Made by a program: the position numbers and the translations under genes. Below are positions 50,973 through 61,400 of a DNA stretch of 64,000 nt, piece by piece. Every line of letters begins with the position of its first letter. Position 1 is the stretch's first letter. Location of the stretch: positions 1-64,000 of the forward strand of contig CDROCS010006891.1 in NCBI GenBank assembly GCA_977020255.1, read 5' to 3'. This DNA comes from Obrimoposthia wandeli (lineage: Eukaryota). The notes under the pieces are model-generated. The model had not been told where the DNA came from. It ran no database searches and worked only from the letters and a program-made list of their open reading frames with translations.

Positions 50973-51557
50973 TCAGTAAAAATCTGCTGATTTTTTTGAG
51001 TTAAAAGAGGTTAAAATAAAAAAAGCCAATCCGAGCATACCTATGATGCTGATTGATTTTTCATCAGAAACGAACATCGAAATAGAGAAGGGGACTATAA
51101 TAACAAAAGAGTAAATGATCGCTGTTGTTTTATGCGCAGCTAAAACAGTTGCGGCCCCTCCTGCCATTGAAGAGACAATAATAATAATAAATGTGAGTTC
51201 TAGCAGTTCGACCTGATTAACGATAAAGACACAATAAAGCGCCCATAATATACCCGTAGAAAGGATACTAATGATGGAACGATAAATAGCGGTTTCATTA
51301 TTATAATCAGACGTTCTAGCCTGATTCCTCCAAATAAGAGTATCTATTAATCTAGCGATGAGGATAGCCACAAAAACCAACCACCAAATTAATTTGACCT
51401 GAACAGTTAGCGCATTATCAAAGGTAAAAACTATTCCGGTTGCCGCTAGAAAATTTATGATGATACTGCCGAAACTATTACCATACAGTAATTCGACTAC
51501 ATCTTGTTTCGATTGTTTATCAAGTGCGCTTTGTGTATCCATTAAATACTCTTTCAT
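50973..51557 (-). pseudogene. Truncated multi-TM input domain of a GGDEF/EAL- or kinase-type sensor; catalytic part absent
   Basis: VELLY, 5-6 hydrophobic helices, SMAGGAATVLA; stops immediately after the last helix. Confidence 0.55.
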
Positions 51558-51940
51558 TTTTATTATATGAGTTGTTCATTGATCCAATGCTTATTCTGTC
51601 ACGGTACTAATTTTTTTATTACGGTTACTATATCTTTGACTTTAAACTTAACGTGAATAGTTGCTTAGATATTAGTAAAATTTAATATTAATGGTTGTTA
51701 TGCCAACTTTCAATATAATTGCAGGTAATTTCTACCCCAGCGCTTGAATCTGTATAGGTTTTTTTCAGTGATCACGAGCTCTATAGTCATGCAGCTCTAT
51801 AGGTCGTTCTTGAGTGGCTAATGAATGAACTCTTCTATCTCGCCAAAAAACTCGCGCACGATGTATTTTCCTTTTCCCAGATCTAAACCGGAAACTTTAA
51901 TAGAGATAAATTATGCGGAGCCTAAATCATCAAGGTCTAA

Positions 51941-52049
51941 TTCCCCGCCCTTTAGGGCGTGAACTTGTTAGCACCAATAGTCACTAGAAATACCCCGCTT
52001 CACGAAGTGAAGTCGAGCCTAAGCGAGATGGCTTGCCCCGGGGGGCATT
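51941..52049. repeat. REP/IS200-end-like palindromic element
   Basis: CGCCC-TTTA-GGGCG; AATACCCCG...CGGGGGGCATT enclosing CTTCAC-GAA-GTGAAG; GC-rich in AT-rich surroundings. Confidence 0.5.
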
Positions 52050-52675
52050 ATTGGTTGCTGCATCTACATATCGGCTATAAAAGTTATGCAGCATTTATTT
52101 CATCTGAGACATTGAATTGCATATATATTAGTAACTAACACTGTAATTAATATTAAGCTTTATACACATTATTACCTACAAACAGTGGTGTTCTTGATTA
52201 CTACCTAAAGGTACACATTATCGGCAACGTAAAGGTGCTGAAGCAGATGTTTGTTTAATTGCTGGATGAAGAGATCATTGATGACAACAGCGAGTAGGGT
52301 CATTGGGAGGCAATACTTTGTACAGTCAAAAAGGCCATTTTGTCACGTGTGTTGTCGGTGTTTCTAAAGCTTTTCTTATCTAAGTAGGCACAAGATTAAG
52401 TGATTTTACGGATACGCTACAAAAAGGGAATCAATACGCTGTGCTTTACCTAATAAGCCTAAACATTGCTTAGGTTTAGCTTAAAAAAGAGGGCGATATG
52501 CTGAGGTCTGAAAGTAATTAAAGTAATTAAAGTAAGAGGCCGGAAATGCACCACATTCAGTTCTGCGGTATAAAACTAGAGTACCTTGAAATGGTGGGCT
52601 TTAAACTCGAAACTAGGGCGTGTAAAGACTAGAACTAGCCTTCACGATCGCCGCTAATTGTCACATAGGATTATT

Positions 52676-53077
52676 CTAATTAGCTTCTAATTCGTGTAGT
52701 ACAATTTCACGATAACCTACTAGCCCTAAAACTAGTTCATTTTCGATAACAGGGGCGTTGGCGAGGCCAAATTTATCGAACAAACGCGCGCAATAGCGAA
52801 TGTCCATTTGCGGGGGCACCGAAATTATAGGTTTAGCCATAATTTCGTAAATGTTAACCCGTTCAGGAGCTCTGTCTTTTGCAAGTACATGCTTTGCGAT
52901 ATCTGCTAACACCAAAATACCGTAAGAATCGTGCTCGGTGCGTTTATTAACAATGACTACATCGGTATTTTTATCACGCATCGCATTAATGGCATCGCGA
53001 ATAGTGTTCATGCCATCGAGTACGACAAAGTTGCTAGACATTATATCGGCAGCTTTTATTAGTTTCGTTTTACTCAC
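52676..53077 (-). CDS. CBS-domain pair protein
   Basis: AADIMSS, YGILVLADI, YEIMAKPII, APVIENELVLGLV. Confidence 0.9.
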   Translation of the reverse strand: MSKTKLIKAADIMSSNFVVLDGMNTIRDAINAMRDKNTDVVIVNKRTEHDSYGILVLADIAKHVLAKDRAPERVNIYEIMAKPIISVPPQMDIRYCARLFDKFGLANAPVIENELVLGLVGYREIVLHELEAN

Positions 53078-53424
53078 AGTTCAGTCTCCACAGTGGGAAT
53101 TAAATGATCAATTTGGTGTTTGAAACCCACAGCATCTTCAACATCTATTTGAATCGCCATGCCAGTTCCCGGCTGTTCATCAAAATTACCGATAGTGTTG
53201 ATTGTCTCAAGAATATGACGGCTCATATGCTCTTCAACAACAAACAACAGTACATCTCGCTGGCTTTCTAGGGTCAGGCCAAAAAAAGTAGTGGGTTGCT
53301 TTAAACCTTCACCGCGCGCATTGTTAATAACGGTTGCACCAGTAGCTCCAGCTTTGCGTGCTGCAGCCATTATTTTGTCGGTTTTGTCATCTTGGTTAAA
53401 GCAAATAATTAATTTAAAATGCAT
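53074..53424 (-). CDS. PII-like protein (DUF1538-associated)
   Basis: KLIICF, ARKAGATGATVINNARGEG, GTGMAIQIDVEDAVG. Confidence 0.88.
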   Translation of the reverse strand: MHFKLIICFNQDDKTDKIMAAARKAGATGATVINNARGEGLKQPTTFFGLTLESQRDVLLFVVEEHMSRHILETINTIGNFDEQPGTGMAIQIDVEDAVGFKHQIDHLIPTVETEL

Positions 53425-53429
53425 ATGTT

Positions 53430-53603
53430 TTATCCATTAAAGTTGTTTCTATAAGATCTCAGCATAACGATTACGCCCAATAATACGGTGCTAAAAATCA
53501 GTTCAAAATTCTCAAATACAGCAGCAACACCCTTAAACAGGAATATGCTGACTGTGCTGTTTCGCCGATTTTCGCCTCGTCTTATTATCTCAAGTTGCGT
53601 CAT
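53430..53603 (-). CDS. Unannotated 57-aa small membrane protein inside the DUF1538 operon
   Basis: GGAG RBS; ATG overlaps the last codons of DUF1538; [57 protein letters not shown]; ends 5 bp before the PII ATG. Confidence 0.6.
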   Translation of the reverse strand: MTQLEIIRRGENRRNSTVSIFLFKGVAAVFENFELIFSTVLLGVIVMLRSYRNNFNG

Positions 53604-54402
53604 TAGAGTTCTCCCTATGATGTTTATGCGCTTTCTTGCTCAGCTTTTCGCTAATTTGTGCATACGCCATCACAGAAATGATTGGAAATAGGCTGGCAAA
53701 AGCGATCAAACCAAAGCCGTCGATTAAAGGGTTTCTACCTGGAACGGTTCCAGCAAGACCTAATCCTAGCGCGGCAACTAAAGGCACTGTAACAGTGGAG
53801 GTTGTTACGCCGCCCGAATCGTAGGCTAAGGGAATAATTAATTTAGGGGCAATTAACGTTTGAGCAACAACAATGGCATAACCTGCCATGATGTAATAAT
53901 GAATAGGATCACCCGCCACAATACGATAGCAGCCTAAAGAAATACCAACAGCAACTCCCAGCGCCACTGACAAACGTAGCCCCCATACGCCAATAGCGCC
54001 ACCAGATACTTCATTAGCTTTAATCGCTACTGCAATCAGCGAAGGCTCTGCTATCGTTGTGGCAAAGCCAATGAGAAAGGCGAATAGATACACCCAATAA
54101 TAATCTGCCCAAGTTAAGTTAATACCGGCAATAGGGTTATCTCCTGCTAAGAACACAGGGTCAGTTAATTGCTGAGCCATGAGCTTTCCAATGGGGAAAA
54201 GTGCCCATTCAAGGCCAATCAAAAACAGTGATAAGCCGATTAAAACCCAAAAAAAGCCAAGTACTACTCGTCCCAAATTAGGGATAGGTTTGCGAATTAC
54301 TGCAAACTGAAAACCGAATAAAATGGCAACAATAGGTAATACATCGGTGAAAGTAGTTATAGTTGTTTGGTAGATTTGATAAAAAATATCACTGCTTGTC
54401 AT
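53590..54402 (-). CDS. DUF1538 membrane protein
   Basis: [40 protein letters not shown]. Confidence 0.92.
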   Translation of the reverse strand: MTSSDIFYQIYQTTITTFTDVLPIVAILFGFQFAVIRKPIPNLGRVVLGFFWVLIGLSLFLIGLEWALFPIGKLMAQQLTDPVFLAGDNPIAGINLTWADYYWVYLFAFLIGFATTIAEPSLIAVAIKANEVSGGAIGVWGLRLSVALGVAVGISLGCYRIVAGDPIHYYIMAGYAIVVAQTLIAPKLIIPLAYDSGGVTTSTVTVPLVAALGLGLAGTVPGRNPLIDGFGLIAFASLFPIISVMAYAQISEKLSKKAHKHHRENSNDAT

Positions 54403-55136
54403 AGTATTATCATCCCGTAGCCCATTACAAAAATCATCGGCGTTAAAGAGGCGAGGGCGATTAAGCCAAAACCATCTGTCATTGGGTTTCTGCCTTTAAT
54501 AGAAGATGCAAGGCCTACCCCAAGCGCAGTTACAAGCGGCACGGTTATTGTTGAAGTGGTTACTCCGCCCGAATCATAGGCGATGCCAATGATTTCATCT
54601 GGGGCAAAGCCAGTCATTATTACCACTAGGATGTAGCCGCCGATAATAAACCATTGTACAGGCCAGCCTTTAATGATACGCAACACACCCAACAGTATCG
54701 CCAGGCCAACGCTTAAGGCAACGCTATAGCGTAGGCCGTTGGCATATTCTGACATTGCAGCGTTTGATTTGCCTATCATGTTCCCTTCAGCGGCGACTTT
54801 AGCAGCTTCTGCGGCAACAGCAATGAGTGCTGGTTCAGCCACTGTAGTACCAAACCCAAGTGCAAAGGCGAAAGTAAGTAGCCAGTAAACATTACCTTTG
54901 CGGGCAAATGCGTGGGCCATTGACTCTCCAATCGGAAACAACCCTTGCTCTAGACCATGGATGAAAAAAGTTAATCCTAGCAGTACAAAGACCACTCCTA
55001 GTATCAGCTGAGAAACATTGGGTAACGGTTGTTGCAACACAACCAGCTGGAAAAATAACACAACAATGATGATAGGTGCTAAATCTCGGATACTGCCAAT
55101 GAGTAAACTAAGCAATTTGAGTGCGGTTTTGTGCAA
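54399..55136 (-). CDS. DUF1538 membrane protein (paralogue)
   Basis: [40 protein letters not shown]. Confidence 0.92.
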   Translation of the reverse strand: MHKTALKLLSLLIGSIRDLAPIIIVVLFFQLVVLQQPLPNVSQLILGVVFVLLGLTFFIHGLEQGLFPIGESMAHAFARKGNVYWLLTFAFALGFGTTVAEPALIAVAAEAAKVAAEGNMIGKSNAAMSEYANGLRYSVALSVGLAILLGVLRIIKGWPVQWFIIGGYILVVIMTGFAPDEIIGIAYDSGGVTTSTITVPLVTALGVGLASSIKGRNPMTDGFGLIALASLTPMIFVMGYGMIIL

Positions 55137-55934
55137 AAAATACCTCCTTTTATAATACTGAAACTATAAATAATGATAACATTTTAGCTGAAAGTTAGGT
55201 GAGCTTAGTGATTGATTAATATCAAAGAAGGTGGATATAAAAGCCTTCATTGATGCTTTTAAAAACGACTATCACCCCTCTAGCTATCAAGGTTATAAAG
55301 TAAAAGGCGTTAGCTTAAGTCGCAAACTGTCTTATCTTTAAAGTATTGCCTTTAAAGTTTCGATCTAGAAACTAAGCACTATGTGATGTTTATACTACTC
55401 AAGCAGTAGCATTTTCAGCCTTACTCGTGAACAGTTAGGTTTAGTCAAATGATTAAATATTCGATTATGCACTAGCTTAATAATTACGTATATGATGGTT
55501 ATAAAATAGCACATGAAGCTTTTGTCATTGTTAGATTTATAATATTTTCGCCTAGCAGTATTTTTACTCTTTATTGCCTTCGATAGAAGGTTTAATTCAA
55601 ATTAGTTGCATTTTCACTAAAATAAGCTCTAAAACCTATAACTAGTTACAGGTGTTTAAGCTATTGTTTTATATTACAATATAGTTAGATAGTATGTGAA
55701 AATGTTGCGTTCACGATTTTAATGAGTACGTGATATCAATTTATAAACCTCTTTGATTATTGAAGGCAATAATTGTTGGGTGCCCATAGCGAAGCTCTCT
55801 GCAGCTTTTAAGGCGAAAGGGATCAGATCTTTATTATAATTTAAAAGTACGAAGTAAGACTTAGCCCCCGTTAATCCCTAAAGATCCTATGTTTTCAAAA
55901 CACATTACCTAAACTAAATGGAATTAGATGAATC

Positions 55935-57638
55935 ATGAAAATAAAGCAGAAAATATTAATCACATTAGCAATCAATTTCGTTTTGATTTGTAGTTCTTTA
56001 ATTAGCCAAAAAATTTCGATAATAGAAAACGATCTTCTATCAAAGGAGTCAGAGGGCCGCTTTAATTCAAATACAGTAGCCAAAGAGTTTTCCGACTCGT
56101 CTGCCAGTCTAACACGTCTTGCACGATCGTATGTTGCTACCGGGGAGGTTAAGTTTAAAGATAAATACTGGGAAATTGTTAAATGGCGTAATGGTGATAC
56201 CCCCAGACCCAGTTCTGTTTATAGTGGGTTACATATAGGCCAAAAAATCCCACTGACAGATATTATGAGAGAACTTAAATTTTCTACTGAAGAGTTATCA
56301 TTATTGGATGAAGCTGGAAAGCTATCAAATGATTTGATCGAGATAGAAACCCAAGCTATGGGTTCGATTGATGTGGGAAAAATAATTTCTGGACCTTATC
56401 AGTCTCAAAAAGATGAGTCGGTGCAGCAATTCACGATTAGGATTTTATTCGATGAAAAATATCATCAAGAAATAGAAAAGATTCAAGAGCCATTAAAAGA
56501 GTTTTTCCAAATTCTGGATACTCGTACTAGGTCCCAATTAGATAATGAAAAAGCTCTTGCTGGGTTTTGGATAGATACGGCGCTTTATTTACAAATACTG
56601 GCGATACTTTCACTGGCAGTACTTATTTATATCTCGATAAAATCCATTTTCAATCCACTTGATAAAGTTGTAATTACTATGTCTGATATTAGTGATGGCG
56701 AAGGAAGTATTAGTGGTCGTTTAGACGTTTTAGGTAATGATGAGCTTTCTCTCTTAGCCAGAGGGTTTAATTCTTTTGCTGAGAATATAGAAAAGGTTGT
56801 GACTAGTGTCAACTTAACAAGTAACAAAATTTCAAGTTCATCCACCGAACTAGCTGCAACTGTAAGCCGAACCGATATTGCAATTTCAGATCAAAAAAAT
56901 ACCATTAATAAAGTGTCATCTGCGGTCAATAATGCACTATTAACCATTCAAACCATCGCTAGCAATGCAATCGACGCAGCTACTGCCGCGGAACAATCTA
57001 ATAGTCAAGCAAATGAAGGGTTGAGTATCGTTGAAAAAATGTCGACGAGTATTAAAAACCTAACAAGTGAAATTGAGAAAGCGTCTAGTGCAATCAAAAA
57101 AGTAGAAGATGACAGTAATACAATAGCAACAGTATTAGATGTGATTCGAAGTATTGCTGAACAGACAAATTTATTAGCATTAAATGCTGCTATCGAGGCC
57201 GCAAGGGCCGGAGACCAAGGTCGTGGATTTGCTGTTGTAGCAGATGAAGTGCGTACTTTAGCTCAACGCACGCAGAATTCAACGACTGAAATTCAAACAA
57301 TGGTAGAGAGTTTACAAAGTAGTGCATTGTCAGCCGTTAGCGTAATGGAGAGTAGTCAGAATCAGTCGCTAGATTGTGTAGATCTAGCTAAGATAACAGC
57401 GACTGTAATAACGGAAATTTCAAAATCTATTTCCTCTATCAGTGAAATGAATACTAGTATATCTCATGGAAGTAGCGAACAAAGCGAAGTACTGAGTGAA
57501 ATAAACACCCAAATAATAGAAATTTTAAAAAAGACAGAAGAAGTTTCTTTAGCTTCACAACAAATCACTATCAACAGTGAAGATTCTAAGAATCTTTCAA
57601 TGAACCTTTCGACGGTGGTAAAAGAGTTTAAAGTTTAA
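55935..57638 (+). CDS. Methyl-accepting chemotaxis protein
   Basis: TM-periplasmic-TM-HAMP; [37 protein letters not shown]. Confidence 0.96.
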   Translation: MKIKQKILITLAINFVLICSSLISQKISIIENDLLSKESEGRFNSNTVAKEFSDSSASLTRLARSYVATGEVKFKDKYWEIVKWRNGDTPRPSSVYSGLHIGQKIPLTDIMRELKFSTEELSLLDEAGKLSNDLIEIETQAMGSIDVGKIISGPYQSQKDESVQQFTIRILFDEKYHQEIEKIQEPLKEFFQILDTRTRSQLDNEKALAGFWIDTALYLQILAILSLAVLIYISIKSIFNPLDKVVITMSDISDGEGSISGRLDVLGNDELSLLARGFNSFAENIEKVVTSVNLTSNKISSSSTELAATVSRTDIAISDQKNTINKVSSAVNNALLTIQTIASNAIDAATAAEQSNSQANEGLSIVEKMSTSIKNLTSEIEKASSAIKKVEDDSNTIATVLDVIRSIAEQTNLLALNAAIEAARAGDQGRGFAVVADEVRTLAQRTQNSTTEIQTMVESLQSSALSAVSVMESSQNQSLDCVDLAKITATVITEISKSISSISEMNTSISHGSSEQSEVLSEINTQIIEILKKTEEVSLASQQITINSEDSKNLSMNLSTVVKEFKV

Positions 57639-58411
57639 ACTAGCAAAGGTGCGAACATAGCTGGCAAAAAAAGAAGTGACCCATTTGAATTTTCCGGCTA
57701 AGTAGTAACGGGTATCCCTTGTGGTTTTTATTAAGAAGGCCAGCGCCTCTTTTCTACTTTAACCAATTCTGGCTTACAGGGTTGGCATTAATAAATAAGC
57801 ATCATTCATCTGAGTTTAGGGCCTGTAATCGAGCTATTTCTGGAGCGATTACGGCCTTAACTTATCGTATCAGCCATTATGTAGCTCAATATTAATCCAG
57901 TTCTAAGCAGGTAATCTGATTTTTTACCAGAGCTTACCATTTTGACAGCCCCTCTCTTAACTCATCATCTTAAGCACTTTTTACAAGTTAAGTTAACCAA
58001 ACCCCCTACTTACACAAAAGGTAATTGATTTAGGTATACGTAAAAAAAGACTTATATAAACTGCAACAGCAAGACTGTATGGCTGCATCTGTTTTACTTG
58101 CACTGAAGGCTGGAGATAATGATTAATGGATTTATTGCCTTAGAATCTTTTTATTACGACAGGGAATAAGAACTTTATTTACGATTTATTTGATTGATGT
58201 ATTGATTTTTTAAGAAAATCATATACCGCTGGTATACTGATAGTCTTATATATGTTATTTATAAACTAATAATAAGAAGCCTTATATTTCAATAGATTGT
58301 AGAGTTATCATCCATTCAGCTTCACTCATCTGATCGTAGAGTCACCAATTATGGATAAAAAGCATAAGGTTTATAAAAGCTTAAGTTTTTCGCAGAGCAT
58401 GGAAAATAGTG

Positions 58412-61400
58412 ATGATCGCCAATTATAAGGTACTTGAAGTTCTTAAATCTTGTAACAAAGCAAGTTTTGTTAGAGCTTGTGACGAACAAGGCAAAACTGC
58501 CTTAGTGAAATATAATAAAAACATGTCGTCTAATCGATATATGAGTGGTGGGCTCCAGTCAGAGTATGAGTTGATTAAATCAATTGACCAATCAAGAGTG
58601 TTATCGTTGCAGTCTTTTATTACACAAGATTATCACAGTGCAATAATTTACGATGATAGTGATGGGGAACTTTTAGGGGAGCGATTAAAGAAGCTCACAA
58701 ATCTTAGTCAAAAGCTACGTATTGCAATCCAAATATCTGAAGCCGTTCACTACTTACACACTATTGATTTATTGCATAGAAATATTAGCCCTAATGCATT
58801 TTGGGTAGTTCAAAATGATAGTGAACTATTGATAGTCGATTTGTCACTTGCCACCAAATTTCAGCAAGGTGAGATGTCATCTATTAATAACACCCTTATA
58901 GGCAGAGCTGCTTATATATCACCAGAGCAAACAGGCCGCTCAAACTTGCCGATAGATAATCGCAGTGATTTATATTCTTTAGGCGCAACATTGTATGAAG
59001 TATTTAGTGGTCAACAAATATATGCTGACGGTGAACAAGATCAGCTCTCTATAGTTTACAAACAGTTAACACAAAAAGTCACCCCTCTATCTGAGGTAGA
59101 TAGCAGCATTGCGCAAAAAATTTCCGAAATAGTTGATCGCTTGCTAGAAAAATCACCTAACAACCGTTATCAAAGTAGTTTCGGTTTGTTGCAGGATTTG
59201 AAGAGGATAGAAGTAGAGTGGCTGGAAAATAGCGAAATTTCAGATTTCAAAATAGCTTTAAAAGATTCACCTGAAACACTACAGTTATCGAAAAACTTAT
59301 ACGGACGAGAAAAACAGATTGCACAGCTGATGGCGGAGTTTAACAGTGTTATTTCAGGGAAAAATAGAATTATTCTCGTCAGTGGCTACTCGGGTGTAGG
59401 TAAATCAGCACTTATAAAAGAAGTAGAAAAGCCAATCAACCAAAAGAAAGGTTTGTTTGCGACAGGTAAGTGTGATCAATTTAGTACTGATCAGCCATAT
59501 TATGCTTTCTCACAAGCTTTACGCTTGTTACTACGACAAATTTTAAATTTACACCATGATGAACTAGCAAGGTGGAAAAGTATTTTTCAGGCCCAATTAG
59601 GTGAAAATTTTCCGCTATTAATAGAGTTAATTCCTGAATTACATGCATTTTCAGATAACAATATTACAACACCAAAAGAACTCAGTACGCTAGCAAATGA
59701 TCATCGATTTATGACGACATTTGTGCTATTTATTAATGCATTTACTGCACAAGAAACTCCTTTAACTATTGTTTTAGATGATTTGCAATGGGCTGATCCC
59801 GCATCGCTTAAATTGATTAAAGAATTACTAGACCAAAGCACTCACCTGATGCTTATCGGCACATACCGAGATAATGAAGTAGATCAGACACACTTGTTAG
59901 CGAGAACAATTCGGGATTTAAAATCAGAAAAACAATGTTTAACTGAAATATATTTGAAGCCACTTAGTTTAAGCGATATTAAACGGTTATTGGCCGATAG
60001 CTTATGGCTAACATTAGATAAAGTAGAGCAGCTAGCCACTGTGTGTATTGAGAAAACACAAGGAAACCCCTTTTACCTCAATCAGTTTATTAAGATGTTG
60101 AATGAAGAAAATTTAATAGTTTATTCCTATGAAAAAGGTGCTTGGCAGTGGGATCAATCGGCGATTGAAGTGGTGAATGTCACTTCAAATGTTGTAGACC
60201 TTATGCTTAAAAAGTTAAAGAAATTTCCAGCTGAAAATTTAGAGATTTTAAAGCTTGCAGCAAATCTAGGTAATCAATTTTCTTTGGAGAATTTGCAAAA
60301 AGTTGCCTGCTTGAGCTTACAAGAAGTTTATAAAAGATTATGGCCAATGATATCAGATGGTTATATTCTTCCTGAAAATGAAAGCAACAGGTTTTCTAGC
60401 AGTGAAGATTCTCTGTCTCAAGCAAGTTTCATCTTCCTCCACGATAAAGTACAACAAGCTGCTTTTCAATTAATACCAGAATCCGATGTGACTCAATTTA
60501 AATGGCAGTTTGGTATGAAATTGCTAGAAGGCACTCCTAAAGAAAATCTTGAAAGTAACTTGTTTCAAATAGTAGATCAGCTAAATGCGGGAAAAGACTA
60601 TGCCAGTGTAGATGAAAAAAAAATAGTGGTCGACCTTAACCTGTTAGCCGCTCAGAAGGCTAAAAGATCTTCCGCTTTTACATATGCGCAAACAAATATG
60701 CTGAATGCTTATTCCTTTGCAGAGGAACTTGAATACCGCGATCTAGAGGTCTTCAATACATTAGCGGAAGTAAGTTATTTAATAGGTGATTTTGAACGAG
60801 CTGAACAGTTATATATTAAAGCGATGAACGCGGCTGAAACGGCATTAGAAATCGTATCTGTCATTGCAATTCAAACTGCTCAGTATCAAATACAAGGGCG
60901 TTTTTCTGAATCTATCGCCCTTCAAAAGCGAGGGCTTAGTGTTTTAGGAATACAAATACCTGATAACGAAAAAGAGATTGAAGCTCAATACATAGAGGGT
61001 TTCAAGTCAATCGATACCTTTATTTTGACCAATAGTATAGATGGTTTAATAGACCATTATTCAATGGAAAACGACAAACAAAAAGCGGCGATGAAGTTGT
61101 TAATGGGGATGTGGTATGCCAGTTACCTTTGCGGTCAGACGCCTCTGAATTTATTATCGACCATCATTATGACACAACTGTCGTTGGAACATGGTCACGA
61201 TGATATATCACCGTTTGCATATGTTAACTATTCTTTGGCTATTATTAGTGTTCACAGTCGCTATAAGGAAGCGGATCAATTTGGCTTACTTGCAGTTAAA
61301 TTAGCTGATGTTAGAAATAATAAACAAATTAAAGCAAGTACATATTTCCTTTACGCTACCTTCACTCAGCATTGGAACCATTCATTACAAAAAACAGTGC

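Noticed and set aside
51690-51900. Degraded minus-strand reading (..LDLGKGKYIVREFFGEIEEFIH..)
   Set aside because: Interrupted by stops and I cannot assign it to a family; not supportable without a search
52511-52535. (AAAGTAATT)x2.7 short repeat
   Set aside because: Low-complexity AT-rich duplication with no associated feature
55762-55830. Possible c-di-GMP-I (GEMM) riboswitch upstream of the MCP (GGCAA...GCGAAGC...TAAGG)
   Set aside because: Only scattered words match; I could not build the P2 GNRA hairpin or the tetraloop receptor. An Infernal scan with RF01051 would decide
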